In this document: positions 37,832-48,691 of the stretch, piece after piece | How the letters are laid out: every line of letters starts with the position of its first letter | Numbering within the stretch: position 1 is the stretch's first letter | Assembly: GCA_038134645.1 (NCBI GenBank) | Contig: JAYPVO010000001.1 | Coordinates: 1 to 57,896 of the forward strand | Direction of reading: 5' to 3' | DNA length: 57,896 nt | Origin: Paracoccaceae bacterium | GTDB taxonomy: Bacteria; Pseudomonadota; Alphaproteobacteria; Rhodobacterales; Rhodobacteraceae | The notes under the pieces: generated by a model | Databases searched by the model: none | The model's input: only the letters and a program-made list of their open reading frames with translations | Told to the model about the DNA's origin: nothing | Made by a program: the position numbers and the translations under genes

Positions 37832-38791
37832 TCAAACGGCGACGTTGGTTTGAGCGGCACGTTTAGCCCGCAGGTTCCGAGCCAGGAGATCCATCGCAGC
37901 CATGCGCACAGCGACACCCATTTCGACCTGCGTCTGGATCACCGAGCGGTTGATGTCGTCCGCAATGGTGCCGTCGATTTCAACACCGCGGTTCATCGGG
38001 CCAGGGTGCATAACGATTGCGTCGTCTTTGGCATAGGACAGTTTTTCCGCGTCGAGACCGTAGCGGTGGAAATACTCGCGCTCAGACGGGATAAACCCGC
38101 CGTCCATGCGTTCCTTTTGAAGGCGCAACATCATCACGACATCCACGTCTTGCAGGCCTTCACGCATGTCTTCGAACACTTCGACGCCGAACTCTTGCAT
38201 TCCAGATGGCATCAGTGTCGGCGGAGCGATCAGGCGAACGCGGTTTTCCATTTTACCCAAAAGGATGATGTTCGAGCGTGCGACGCGGCTATGCGCAATA
38301 TCGCCGCAAATCGCGATCGATAGGCGGTGGAGGCGACCCTTTGCACGGCGGATGGTCAGAGCATCCAAAAGCGCTTGGGTCGGGTGTTCATGGCGCCCGT
38401 CACCAGCGTTCAGCACGGCGCAATTGACCTTTTGGGCGAGCAGATCGACTGCACCCGATGCACCGTGGCGCACGACCAGAAGGTCAGGATGCATCGCGTT
38501 GAGGGTCAGTGCCGTATCAATCAGCGTCTCGCCCTTTTTCACGCTCGACGTGGCCATGGACATGTTCATCACATCCGCGCCCAAACGTTTGCCTGCCAGT
38601 TCAAAGCTCGACTGAGTGCGGGTCGAGTTCTCAAAGAACATGTTGATCTGAGTAAGGCCTGCCAGAACGTCTTTGTGCTGGATGCCCTGACGGCTTTCTT
38701 CGGCGTAACGATCCGCCAAATCCAAGAGCGTTGTGATTTCTGTCGGGTGGAGGTGTTCGATCCCCAGCAGGTGAGCGGCATTGAATGTCAT
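37832..38791 (-). CDS. pyrB: Aspartate carbamoyltransferase catalytic subunit
   Basis: [37 protein letters not shown]. Confidence 0.97.
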   Translation of the reverse strand: MTFNAAHLLGIEHLHPTEITTLLDLADRYAEESRQGIQHKDVLAGLTQINMFFENSTRTQSSFELAGKRLGADVMNMSMATSSVKKGETLIDTALTLNAMHPDLLVVRHGASGAVDLLAQKVNCAVLNAGDGRHEHPTQALLDALTIRRAKGRLHRLSIAICGDIAHSRVARSNIILLGKMENRVRLIAPPTLMPSGMQEFGVEVFEDMREGLQDVDVVMMLRLQKERMDGGFIPSEREYFHRYGLDAEKLSYAKDDAIVMHPGPMNRGVEIDGTIADDINRSVIQTQVEMGVAVRMAAMDLLARNLRAKRAAQTNVAV

Positions 38792-38910
38792 GAAATCCTC
38801 CGATCGGGCCTTGGGTCGCTTATAGGTAAGGGGCGGGCAGGCGGCAAGGGAGCCTTATGCCATGAGATTACCTCTGCACATCTGGCGCAGAAGGCATTAG
38901 GGTCTGCCTC

Positions 38911-39699
38911 ATGGAATCTGCACAAGACTACTGGACGGCACATGCCCTGCTTGAATGGCAGGTCGAAATGGGGGCGGACGAGGCAATCCTCGACGCGCCA
39001 TTGAACCGTTATGAACTTGTCGATGAAAAGCCTGCAGCCAAAGTGTCTCCACTCGGGAATGCCGCCCCGCCACCGATTCCGGTTAAGGCCAAGGTCGATC
39101 CAGTGGCCGTCGCTAAAACCGCTGCAAAGTCGGCCCAGACGCTGGAATCACTATCGGGAGCCATGCGTTCGTTCGAGCATTGTGAGCTGCAAAAAGGCGC
39201 TCGAAATTTTGTGTTCGGAGATGGGGCTGCGAACGCAAACGTGATGATCATCGGTGAAGCACCAAACCGCGATGATGACCAACATGGCAAACCCTTTGCT
39301 GGGCCAGTTGGCGAGCTGTTTGACAAAATGATCGGTGCGATTGGGTTAAGCCGCAGCCATCCTGATCCTGCGTCTTCGGTCTATGTGACGACCGTTCTGC
39401 CGTGGCGCCCTCCTGCGAACCGTGTGCCCGAAGCTGCCGAACTCGCGATGATGCTGCCGTTTCTGACCCGCCATATCGAACTCGTGGATCCTGCGATCAT
39501 CGTCCTGATGGGCAATAGTCCGTGTCAGGCCTTACTTGGTAAAACTGGTATTTCGAGGCTGCGCGGGCAATGGACCTCTGTTTTGGGTAAGCCCGTTTTG
39601 CCCATGGCTCATCCAGAGCAGTTGATGAAAAACCCTGCGGCCAAGCGCGACGCTTGGGCGGATTTACTCGACCTCAAAGCACGACTGTCAAACCTATGA
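38911..39699 (+). CDS. Uracil-DNA glycosylase family 4-like protein
   Basis: L.WQ.EMG.DE N-terminus, IIGEAP, PWRPP.NR, HP motif, AW.DL. Confidence 0.85.
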   Translation: MESAQDYWTAHALLEWQVEMGADEAILDAPLNRYELVDEKPAAKVSPLGNAAPPPIPVKAKVDPVAVAKTAAKSAQTLESLSGAMRSFEHCELQKGARNFVFGDGAANANVMIIGEAPNRDDDQHGKPFAGPVGELFDKMIGAIGLSRSHPDPASSVYVTTVLPWRPPANRVPEAAELAMMLPFLTRHIELVDPAIIVLMGNSPCQALLGKTGISRLRGQWTSVLGKPVLPMAHPEQLMKNPAAKRDAWADLLDLKARLSNL

Positions 39700-40235
39700 C
39701 CCAAACTGCCGCTCGCGAATTTATCCCTGTTCGAATTGCTGTTTTGACGGTGAGCGACACGCGCTCGCTGGCCGAGGATAAATCGGGCGATACCCTTGTC
39801 GCGCGGATTGCAGATGCGGGGCATATCCTCGCAGATCGTAAGATCATTCGTGATGACCGCGATGACATCGCCGAGATTTTGCGGACGTGGTGCGACAACC
39901 CAGATGTCGACGTGATCATCTCTACAGGTGGAACGGGTCTGACGGGGCGTGACGTGACCGTTGAGGCCCACCGCGATGTCTATGAGAAAGAGATCGACGC
40001 GTTCTCAACGGTGTTCACCATCGTATCGATGCAAAAGATCGGCACTTCAGCGATCCAGAGCCGTGCAACGGCGGGCGTGGCTCAGGGGACCTATCTCTTT
40101 GCGCTGCCCGGTAGCCCCGGTGCGTGTAAAGATGCTTGGGATGAAATTCTCGTAAAACAACTCGACTATCGGCACATGCCTTGTAACTTTGTCGAGATTT
40201 TCCCGCGTCTCGAAGAACATAAGCGACGGAAATAG
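39696..40235 (+). CDS. moaB: Molybdenum cofactor biosynthesis protein B
   Basis: LTVSDTR, D.SG, STGGTG.TGRDVT, LPGSPGAC. Confidence 0.93.
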   Translation: MTQTAAREFIPVRIAVLTVSDTRSLAEDKSGDTLVARIADAGHILADRKIIRDDRDDIAEILRTWCDNPDVDVIISTGGTGLTGRDVTVEAHRDVYEKEIDAFSTVFTIVSMQKIGTSAIQSRATAGVAQGTYLFALPGSPGACKDAWDEILVKQLDYRHMPCNFVEIFPRLEEHKRRK

Positions 40236-40316
40236 GATCGACGTCCGTTTGAGGTATGTTGTGGACCTTCGTGGGGTTTGCACTAAAACATGTCTGAACT
40301 TTAATGGGACGCGACC

Positions 40317-41768
40317 ATGCGCTTTTTACGCCGTAGCCTCACGGGTGTTTTTCTACTTGGGTTAACGCTGGCATTGCTGGCAATAGCTGGCAACACAGTG
40401 CGAAGCGCAATTCAAGCACGACTGTCCCAAGAAGCCCCGAGCTATGGTCAACGAGAACGCATTTCGTCGGTGAATGTGATCACTGTTCAACCCTCAACGC
40501 TTCAGCCTGAGATTACGGTATTCGGCGAAGTCCGCAGTCAGAGAACGCTTGTTCTGCGCAGCCCTGTTGGGGGTAACGTGATCAGCGCCGACCCAGTTTT
40601 TACCGAAGGCGGCGCGGTCAAAGCGGGGCAGACCCTTTTGCAAATTGATCCGACCGAAGCTCAGACCAGCCTCGCACTCGCGCAGGCCGATCTAAAAGAT
40701 GCCGAGGCAGAACTGCGCGAAGCTGAGGGCGCACTAGAGATTGCCCGTGACAGCCTCACCGAAGCGCAAGCACAGGCGAGTTTACGTCAAGCCGCATTAG
40801 AGCGGTCCCGTGCCCTTCGCGAACGCGGAACTGTTACGGCGTCGGATGTTGAAACGGCAGAGCTTGCCGTCGCCGCGGCGAATAGTTCGGTGTTGAGCCA
40901 GCGTCAGTCTTTGGCCCAAGCAGAGGCGCGAGTGGATCAAGCTGGCACAAGCCTCGATCGTGTGCGTCTGTCTGTAGCAGATGCAGAGCGGACCTTGAGC
41001 GACACCACGATTACGGCCAGCTTTGATGGAACCTTGTCGGATGTATCCGTCGTCGAAGGCGGACGCGTGACGGCGAACGAACAGATCGCTCAACTCATTG
41101 ATCCGTCCGCGTTGGAAGTCGCGTTCCGCGTATCGACAGCCCAATATGCGCGACTGATTGATGCGAACGGCGATCTACTCAACCTCCCAGTTCAAGCCAC
41201 CTTGGATGTGTCGGGGTTCACACTCGAAGCACAAGGGCGCGTGACCCGTGAAAGCCCGACCGTTGCAGATGGTCAGACGGGTCGTTTGCTTTACGCGTCG
41301 ATTGAGTCCGCTCCGGGCCTGCGCCCTGGTGACTTTGTCATGGTTCGCATTGTGGAACCTCCGCTCGACAATGTGGTGCTTGCGCCTGCTGCGGCAGTTG
41401 GGTCGGATGGTTCGGTTTTGGCCCTAGATGATGAGAACCGTTTGGAGAGTGTCCAAGTAACGGTTCTTCGTCGCCAAGGAGATGACGTTATCCTCGCCGT
41501 TGGTGATCTGGCAGGCCGCAGGATCGTCGCCGAACGGTCGCCTCTCCTCGGTGCGGGCATCAAGGTGAATCCGCTTGGTGAGGCTGGCTCGGAAACTGCC
41601 GCGCCAGAGATGATCGAGCTCGATGCGGATCGTCGCGATAAACTCGTCAGTTTTGTAACGGGCAGCCAGATGCCCGAAGAGGTTAAGGCGCGTTTGATCG
41701 CCCAGCTTGAACAAGACACGGTCCCTGCTGAAACTGTGCAGCGGATCGAAAGCCGGATGGGGAGCTAA
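40317..41768 (+). CDS. RND efflux membrane fusion (periplasmic adaptor) protein
   Basis: N-terminal TM, lipoyl halves (G..V.AGQ.L..ID; ASFDG), long helical hairpin. Confidence 0.9.
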   Translation: MRFLRRSLTGVFLLGLTLALLAIAGNTVRSAIQARLSQEAPSYGQRERISSVNVITVQPSTLQPEITVFGEVRSQRTLVLRSPVGGNVISADPVFTEGGAVKAGQTLLQIDPTEAQTSLALAQADLKDAEAELREAEGALEIARDSLTEAQAQASLRQAALERSRALRERGTVTASDVETAELAVAAANSSVLSQRQSLAQAEARVDQAGTSLDRVRLSVADAERTLSDTTITASFDGTLSDVSVVEGGRVTANEQIAQLIDPSALEVAFRVSTAQYARLIDANGDLLNLPVQATLDVSGFTLEAQGRVTRESPTVADGQTGRLLYASIESAPGLRPGDFVMVRIVEPPLDNVVLAPAAAVGSDGSVLALDDENRLESVQVTVLRRQGDDVILAVGDLAGRRIVAERSPLLGAGIKVNPLGEAGSETAAPEMIELDADRRDKLVSFVTGSQMPEEVKARLIAQLEQDTVPAETVQRIESRMGS

Positions 41769-41771
41769 GCC

Positions 41772-44700
41772 ATGTCGCGAAAGCTTCTTGATCGCGGGGC
41801 TGGTGGACTGCTCTCGTATTTCACCCGTCACCGCACGGCAGCGAACTTGTTGATGGTCATTATGGTCATCGCGGGCTTGGTGTCGTTTCCAAAAATGCGG
41901 GCGCAATTTTTCCCTGACGTCGTCGCGGAAACCATTCGCGTGAGTGTGGCATGGGACGGCGCTGGTGCGGAAGATGTCGATCGGGCCGTGGTTCAGGTTC
42001 TCGAACCCGTGCTCCTCGGTGTTGAGGGTGTTACGTCGAGCGAAAGCCGGTCCTCTGAAGGTTCTGCGCGGATCGATTTGGAGTTCGAGACTGATTACGA
42101 CCTCGATCTGGCGGAAAAGGATATTGATGCTGCGCTGAGCGCTGTCAGCTCGTTGCCCGAAGAGGCCGAGGACCCTGTGATCCGTCGTGCGGGCTGGTCG
42201 GATGGTGTGAGCGATGTGATCATCACTGGGCCCGTTGGCGTCGATCAACTCTCCCGTTTTGCGGATGAGATGGTGACCCGACTGTTCGCAGCAGGGGTGA
42301 CGCGCACGACGATCCAAGGTGTCGCAGCCCCCGAGACATTGATCGAAGTGACCTCCCTGTCTCTGATCCAACATGACGTGACCATCAGTGAAATCGCCTC
42401 TGCAATTTCCGCAGAAGTGAATGCTGATCCTGTCGGGGACATTGGCGGAGCGTCTCGTGTTCGGGCGGGCACCGAAAAGCGCAGTGCGGATGACCTTTCG
42501 GCCATCGTTCTACGGACCAACGACGATAACTCGGAACTGACCGTGGGCGATGTCGCGTCGATCACAGTCGAAGGACCCGACCGCGATCGTGCCTATTTTG
42601 TAGGTGAAAATCCGGCGGTTCAGATCTCGGTGGTGCGGTCGGCGTCTGGGGACGCAATCGGTCTACAACGCTCTGTCGAAGAGGTCGCGGCAGAGATGCG
42701 GGCGACGTTGCCCGAAGGAGTGTCCGTCGACCTGATCAATACCCGTGCCGAAATGATCACAGGCCGCTTGAATATCCTCATGGAGAACGGGGCGCAGGGC
42801 TTGGCGTTGGTGCTATTGTTGTTGTTCCTCTTCTTGAACGCACGCACAGCGATTTGGGTGGCGATGGGTATTCCCGTCTCAATGCTCGCCGCGATTTCGC
42901 TGATGTATATGGCGGGGATTACCATCAACATGATCTCGCTCTTTGCGCTGATCATCACGTTGGGCATCGTGGTTGATGACGCGATTGTTGTGGGCGAACA
43001 CGCTGATTTTCGGGCCCGACGCTTGGGCGAAACGGGTGCGGTGGCTGCCGAAAACGCAGCGCGTCGTATGTTTAGTCCTGTATTCTCTGCGACCATCACG
43101 ACCAACATCGCATTTTTCGGCCTTTTGGTGATTGGCGGGCGCTTTGGCAACATGATCGCGGACATTCCATTTACCGTGGTCGTTGTACTGACGGCGAGCT
43201 TGTTCGAGTGTTTCGTGATCCTGCCAAACCACCTGTCTCATTCGGTCGGAGCTGGCGTGAAACAGCATTGGTATGATTACCCGTCGCGCGTTGTGAACCG
43301 TGGTTTTAGCTGGGCGAGAGATCGTGGATTCCGTCCGCTGATGGCGATCATAGTAAAGGCGCGTTACGTGGTTTTGGCTGGGGCTTTGGTGATCCTCGCG
43401 GGTCAAGTGTCACTGTTTATTCGCGGTGATGTTCAATGGCGGTTCTTTTCTTCGCCAGAACAAGGGCAGGTCAGCGGCAACATCGCAATGCTGCCCGCTG
43501 CAACGCGCCAGGATACTTTGGCCATGCTCGACGAATTAGAGCGCGCGACAACAGCAGTAGCCGCCCGCTATGAGGCCGAAGAAGGCGTCAATCCTGTGAG
43601 CTACGTCATGACACAGATCGGCGGTAACTCGGGTCGTGGTTTGTCAGGTGCAGATACCAAAGAGAGCTATCAGCTCGGTGCGATTACGATTGAGTTGATC
43701 GATGCGGACCTAAGGGACATTTCGTCGAATGAATTTGTCTCAGCGGTTCAACAGGAAGTCGTTCAAACGCCGATGACCGAAACGCTCTCATTCCGGTCAT
43801 GGGGTGCTGGGCCAGGAGGTAACTCTCTCGAAGTTCAGATTTACGGTGCGGACGCTGATACGCTCAAGGCCGCGGCTGAAGCCCTGAAAACCGAGTTGGC
43901 GCGTTTCCCTGAAATTTCGGGGCTCGAGGACACTCTGTCCTACGATAAAGAAGAACTGATCCTCGAACTGACGCCGCAGGGTCAGGCGCTGGGCTTTACG
44001 ATTGATACGCTGGGAACCGAACTCCGCCGTAGACTGGCTGGCGTTGAGGCTGCGACATATCCCGATGGGACACGCAGTGCGTCTATCCGCGTAGAAATTC
44101 CCGAAGAGGAACTGACAGCTGATTTCCTTGACCGCATGTTGTTGCGTTCGCCCGCTGGTGTCTATGTGCCGCTGGCTGACATTGTGACTGTTGAACGGGA
44201 AACGGGATTTAGCACTGTTCGGCGCGAAAATGGCCTCATGCTGATTTCCGTGACAGGTGATCTGGATGACGAAAACGCGGATCGCGCGTCAGAGGTCAAA
44301 CTGTCGATCAACGACGATATCCTGCCCGACCTTGAAAGCCGATTTGGTGTTGCGACCGATTTGGGTGGGTTGAGCGAACAAGAGGGGGCCTTCCTCAGCG
44401 ACGCAAAGGCGGGCTTGGCCTTTATCCTTGTCGGGATTTACCTGACGCTTGCGTGGATTTTTGCAAGTTGGACCCGTCCTCTCGTTGTTATGTCGATTAT
44501 TCCGTTTGCATTGGTGGGAACGATCTACGGACATAACGCTTGGGGCATCCCAATGAGCATGTTCACCGTGGTCGGGCTCTTGGGCATGGTTGGGATCGTG
44601 ATCAACGACTCGATTGTTTTGGTTACGACCATCGATGACTATGCGAAGGAGCGTGGGCTAATCCCAGCTATCATTGACGGAACGGCTGACCGTTTGCGGG

Positions 44701-45140
44701 CTGTGATGCTGACCACTGCAACAACAGTCTTGGGGCTTTTGCCACTCCTTTACGAAGGGTCCAGTCAGGCCGAGTTTTTGAAACCGACCGTCGTCACGCT
44801 AGTCTATGGCCTATCGTTCGGGATGGTTATGGTGTTGATCGTTGTTCCGTCCCTCATTGCTGTTCAAGCCGATATCGGCGGGCTCTTCAGTGCTGCACGC
44901 CGTGGGGTGACGGCGCCGTCGAACTCTATTCGAGTGCCTGTTGGCATCTCGGTCGCTGCGATGTTCATTGCGTTCGGTGTAATTGTGCTACCGTTATTAT
45001 TGTCGGGCACACCGTTGGTTGCGGCTTTGCCTGCCAGCTTGGGTGCGGCTTTTGCGCTCTACGCAGGCATTCTGACCGTTGGAATATTGGGGGTATATTC
45101 GGTGGCTGCGATAATGATTGGGCGTGCGCGGAGGGTTTAG
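41772..45140 (+). CDS. RND efflux permease (AcrB/AcrD/AcrF family)
   Basis: 1122 aa, GIVVDDAIVVGE, R.RAVMLTT.TT, two large periplasmic loops. Confidence 0.92.
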   Translation: MSRKLLDRGAGGLLSYFTRHRTAANLLMVIMVIAGLVSFPKMRAQFFPDVVAETIRVSVAWDGAGAEDVDRAVVQVLEPVLLGVEGVTSSESRSSEGSARIDLEFETDYDLDLAEKDIDAALSAVSSLPEEAEDPVIRRAGWSDGVSDVIITGPVGVDQLSRFADEMVTRLFAAGVTRTTIQGVAAPETLIEVTSLSLIQHDVTISEIASAISAEVNADPVGDIGGASRVRAGTEKRSADDLSAIVLRTNDDNSELTVGDVASITVEGPDRDRAYFVGENPAVQISVVRSASGDAIGLQRSVEEVAAEMRATLPEGVSVDLINTRAEMITGRLNILMENGAQGLALVLLLLFLFLNARTAIWVAMGIPVSMLAAISLMYMAGITINMISLFALIITLGIVVDDAIVVGEHADFRARRLGETGAVAAENAARRMFSPVFSATITTNIAFFGLLVIGGRFGNMIADIPFTVVVVLTASLFECFVILPNHLSHSVGAGVKQHWYDYPSRVVNRGFSWARDRGFRPLMAIIVKARYVVLAGALVILAGQVSLFIRGDVQWRFFSSPEQGQVSGNIAMLPAATRQDTLAMLDELERATTAVAARYEAEEGVNPVSYVMTQIGGNSGRGLSGADTKESYQLGAITIELIDADLRDISSNEFVSAVQQEVVQTPMTETLSFRSWGAGPGGNSLEVQIYGADADTLKAAAEALKTELARFPEISGLEDTLSYDKEELILELTPQGQALGFTIDTLGTELRRRLAGVEAATYPDGTRSASIRVEIPEEELTADFLDRMLLRSPAGVYVPLADIVTVERETGFSTVRRENGLMLISVTGDLDDENADRASEVKLSINDDILPDLESRFGVATDLGGLSEQEGAFLSDAKAGLAFILVGIYLTLAWIFASWTRPLVVMSIIPFALVGTIYGHNAWGIPMSMFTVVGLLGMVGIVINDSIVLVTTIDDYAKERGLIPAIIDGTADRLRAVMLTTATTVLGLLPLLYEGSSQAEFLKPTVVTLVYGLSFGMVMVLIVVPSLIAVQADIGGLFSAARRGVTAPSNSIRVPVGISVAAMFIAFGVIVLPLLLSGTPLVAALPASLGAAFALYAGILTVGILGVYSVAAIMIGRARRV

Positions 45141-45916
45141 CCCGCGCAGCCCTGAATATCGACCGCGCGACCAGAGCCCAAGACAGTTAGCCTGATCTGA
45201 GATCGATCAAGCATATAGCCTTGGACCATCGGCACTACATCGACGGTCGCCGTAAGGACGCTTCCATCGCGGGTGCTGTGGGATTCCGAGACCCACGCGC
45301 CCGGTGCTTCAACCACGACGAATTCGTTGTCATCGAAGGTCGGCATTTCGATTGAAGCCGTCAGGCGAAGGCCGTCACGAATAGGCACTGCGGAGCATTG
45401 AACCTTTGAGACATTCGCACGATCGGCGGTCATGGGCTGGTCAATGAGCGCACCCGCTATGGCGGCGTTGGGGCCACCTTTGTCGTCCAACAAAGCGTCA
45501 AAATTCAGCGTCACGGGCACACAGATGTCATTGCAGACTCCCATGTCGACCTCGCCGCTAAGGCGCATGTCGTCGCCATCGCCAGTCAGTTCGATAGGGA
45601 TCACTACGGTCCCATGATAGCCAATTGTCACCGCGCCGTTCGTGTCGAAAAGTTCGGGCGTGGGCCAATGGAACGCCGCGCCCGAGATATTCTCTGACCC
45701 CGTCCATTCGAACTGCGGCGGGATGCCTGCGTCACCCGGTGCGCGCCAATAGGTTTTCCAACCGTCGGCCAATGTAATCCTCAGCCCAACCATCCGTGTT
45801 CCCGACGGCGTTTGCCATCCTGGGATCACATCAATAGAGGCAACGCCCTGTGGCGCCTCGGCAAAGGCGGGGGTGGATAATCCGATTAGGGCGATGATGG
45901 CTGCTGCGACTCTCAT
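45137..45916 (-). CDS. Exported DsbD N-terminal (alpha) domain-containing protein
   Basis: Signal peptide; [17 protein letters not shown]...CVP. Confidence 0.85.
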   Translation of the reverse strand: MRVAAAIIALIGLSTPAFAEAPQGVASIDVIPGWQTPSGTRMVGLRITLADGWKTYWRAPGDAGIPPQFEWTGSENISGAAFHWPTPELFDTNGAVTIGYHGTVVIPIELTGDGDDMRLSGEVDMGVCNDICVPVTLNFDALLDDKGGPNAAIAGALIDQPMTADRANVSKVQCSAVPIRDGLRLTASIEMPTFDDNEFVVVEAPGAWVSESHSTRDGSVLTATVDVVPMVQGYMLDRSQIRLTVLGSGRAVDIQGCAG

Positions 45917-45984
45917 TTCGCCTAAATTACGGACAATGCGTGTAATGGGAAGTCACGTTCCGGCGAGTCCTTGTAGCAGAGGGC

Positions 45985-46013
45985 TTGAACCTGCTCCGTT
46001 CGCGACACATCAT
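45985..46013 (+). promoter_or_regulatory. Putative leaderless promoter of the yqgE-like gene
   Basis: TTGAAC-N17-CATCAT-N6-ATG(46020); no SD sequence. Confidence 0.45.
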
Positions 46014-46019
46014 CCTCTT

Positions 46020-46589
46020 ATGGACTTTGCATCTACCAATTTGTCGGGAAAACTCCTGATTGCGATGCCCGACATGGGCGATCCGCGTTTCGAACACGCG
46101 GTCATCTATATGTGCGCGCATTCCGACGAGGGGGCGATGGGCCTCATCGTCAATAAACCCGCCCCAGACATTCGGTTCCGCGATTTGCTGTCGCAGTTAG
46201 AAATTCCGACGGGCGATAGTGTGCGCGACATTCGGGTCCATTTCGGTGGCCCAGTGGAACATGGTCGCGGGTTTGTCCTTCATTCGTCGGACTACGCGTC
46301 AGAGACGGGCACGTTGGAAGTCGATGATCACACGTCGATGACGGCAACGACGGATGTCCTGCGCGACTTAGCGAGCGGCGGTGGCCCTTCGATGTCACTT
46401 TTGGCGCTAGGTTATGCGGGCTGGGGGCCGGGACAGTTGGAAGCCGAGATTGCCCACAACGGTTGGCTTACGTGCGATCCCAAGGACGACATTTTGTTTG
46501 GCCGCGCTCATGAACTGAAATGGACCGCAGCACTCAAGCAATTGGGGATCGATCCGATCACCCTGTCGTCGACCGCTGGGCACGCGTGA
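46020..46589 (+). CDS. YqgE/AlgH family protein
   Basis: [39 protein letters not shown] end. Confidence 0.92.
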   Translation: MDFASTNLSGKLLIAMPDMGDPRFEHAVIYMCAHSDEGAMGLIVNKPAPDIRFRDLLSQLEIPTGDSVRDIRVHFGGPVEHGRGFVLHSSDYASETGTLEVDDHTSMTATTDVLRDLASGGGPSMSLLALGYAGWGPGQLEAEIAHNGWLTCDPKDDILFGRAHELKWTAALKQLGIDPITLSSTAGHA

Positions 46590-47120
46590 TTACTGCGCAA
46601 TCACGCCTTTGATCAGCTCGACCGCCTCAGTGCTATGCCAATCGGCACCGCCAGTCAGACGCGCGATTTCCTGACCGTCCCGATTGATCAGAACCGTCAC
46701 AGGTAGCCCCGCGACCATCATGGAACGCGCAAACCGCATGTTGGCGTCGTTGTGCTTTGGCAGGTTCGACACGCCGATCTCTTCGAAGAATCGGTCAATG
46801 GCGGGCGCGGGGTTGCGGCCCGTTGCGATGGTGAGGACTTCAAACGTTTCACCGCCCAGTTCGTCTTGGAGGGCCGACAGTGCGGGCATCTCTTCGCGGC
46901 AAGGAATGCACCACGTGGCCCAGAAGTTCACGAGCAGAACCTTGCCACGATAAGGTTCCAACGTCGTTTCCGCGCCGTCTTCGGTCACAAAGCTCGCGTC
47001 CGAGCTTTGCATGGGGCTATCGTGCCAGATCAATTTGTCCGAAACGCTGTCTTCGGCGAGGGCTGCATTTGCAACGCAGGCAAACGCCGTATAAAGCAAC
47101 GCTGACACAAGTTTCCGCAT
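46590..47120 (-). CDS. TlpA-family thiol:disulfide oxidoreductase
   Basis: [15 protein letters not shown], cis-Pro GLPVT; GGAGG RBS. Confidence 0.9.
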   Translation of the reverse strand: MRKLVSALLYTAFACVANAALAEDSVSDKLIWHDSPMQSSDASFVTEDGAETTLEPYRGKVLLVNFWATWCIPCREEMPALSALQDELGGETFEVLTIATGRNPAPAIDRFFEEIGVSNLPKHNDANMRFARSMMVAGLPVTVLINRDGQEIARLTGGADWHSTEAVELIKGVIAQ

Positions 47121-47132
47121 GGGGCCTCCAAT

Positions 47133-48521
47133 ATGACCAAGACTTCGAACGCGATGTGGGGCGGACGTTTTTCCGCCGGACCGGACGCCATCATGGAGGC
47201 AATTAACGCCTCGATCGATTTTGACAAGCGTCTCGCCCAGCAGGACATCGAAGGATCCCGCGCCCACGCTGCGATGCTCGCCGCGACTGGTATTATTACG
47301 GATAAAGATGCTGAGGCCATTCGTGAAGGCCTGCTCACCGTTTTGTCAGAGATCGAAAGTGGAAACTTCGCGTTTTCGAAATCGCTCGAAGACATTCACA
47401 TGAACGTCGAAGCGCGTCTGAAAGAAATCGTTGGTGAGCCTGCAGGCCGTCTGCACACTGCCCGCAGCCGTAACGATCAGGTTGCCGTCGATTTCCGCCT
47501 TTGGGTTCGTGACCAGTGCGACGCGGTTGATGGTGCAATTGATGCGCTGATGAAAGCCTTGCTCGGTCAGGCCGAAGCTGGCGCTGATTGGGTCATGCCG
47601 GGCTTTACCCACCTTCAGGTCGCGCAGCCTGTGACATGGGGCCATCATATGCTGGCCTATGTCGAAATGCTTAACCGTGACCGTTCGCGTTTCGCCGATG
47701 CCCGCAAGCGGATGAACGAAAGCCCGCTGGGTGCTGCGGCTCTTGCTGGCACTGGTTTCCCGATTGATCGTCACATGACGGCAGAGGCCCTGCGGTTTGA
47801 TCGTCCGACGGCAAACAGCCTCGATTCGACGTCAGATCGTGACTTTGCGCTGGAATTCCTCGCGGCGGCGTCGATCTGCGCGATGCACCTGTCCCGTTTC
47901 GCCGAAGAACTGGTGATCTGGTCCTCGGCCCAGTTCCGTTTCGTGTCGATGTCCGACCAATGGTCCACGGGTTCGTCGATCATGCCGCAGAAGAAAAACC
48001 CTGACGCTGCAGAGCTGATCCGCGCGAAAATCGGCCGTATTTTTGGTGCAAACGTTGCGCTGATGACCGTTATGAAGGGCCTTCCGCTGACCTATTCGAA
48101 GGACATGCAGGAAGACAAAGAACAAGTCTTTGACGCGGCAGACAACCTCATGCTGGCGATTGCTGCGATGACGGGCATGGTCGAAACCATGACCCCGATG
48201 AAAGACAACCTGCGCGCGGCCGCGGCGAGCGGCTTCTCGACGGCAACCGATTTGGCGGACTGGTTGGTGCGTGAATTGAACCTCCCGTTCCGCGATGCAC
48301 ACCACGTAACGGGTGCTCTGGTCGCGATGGCTGAGAAAAAAGGATGTGATCTGCCTGATCTTAGCCTTGCCGACATGCAGAGCGTGCATCAGGGTATTAC
48401 AGATGGCGTCTTTGGTGTGCTGACCGTCGAGGCATCGGTCATGTCGCGTCAAAGTTATGGTGGCACCTCGCCGGTGCGTGTGCGCGAACAAATTGCGCGT
48501 TGGAAAGAGGCTCTTTCGTGA
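47133..48521 (+). CDS. argH: Argininosuccinate lyase
   Basis: [33 protein letters not shown]. Confidence 0.97.
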   Translation: MTKTSNAMWGGRFSAGPDAIMEAINASIDFDKRLAQQDIEGSRAHAAMLAATGIITDKDAEAIREGLLTVLSEIESGNFAFSKSLEDIHMNVEARLKEIVGEPAGRLHTARSRNDQVAVDFRLWVRDQCDAVDGAIDALMKALLGQAEAGADWVMPGFTHLQVAQPVTWGHHMLAYVEMLNRDRSRFADARKRMNESPLGAAALAGTGFPIDRHMTAEALRFDRPTANSLDSTSDRDFALEFLAAASICAMHLSRFAEELVIWSSAQFRFVSMSDQWSTGSSIMPQKKNPDAAELIRAKIGRIFGANVALMTVMKGLPLTYSKDMQEDKEQVFDAADNLMLAIAAMTGMVETMTPMKDNLRAAAASGFSTATDLADWLVRELNLPFRDAHHVTGALVAMAEKKGCDLPDLSLADMQSVHQGITDGVFGVLTVEASVMSRQSYGGTSPVRVREQIARWKEALS

Positions 48522-48691
48522 AAAAAGCGGTCGTTTTGGCGGTTTTGGTTTTGTCGGGATGTGGCGCGGATGGATTTCCGCTGCGGCCCATCGCCAACCT
48601 TGGGTTCAATGTGAACGAACAAGGGCAAGTGGTTCGGAATTGTCAGGTCGGCGGTGCGAATGAAACCGTCCAGATTAATGTGAACTGCTGA
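48518..48691 (+). CDS. Small lipoprotein at the argH-lysA position (LptM/LppL-like)
   Basis: GTGA overlap with argH; LSGC lipobox then GADGFPLRP. Confidence 0.7.
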   Translation: MKKAVVLAVLVLSGCGADGFPLRPIANLGFNVNEQGQVVRNCQVGGANETVQINVNC

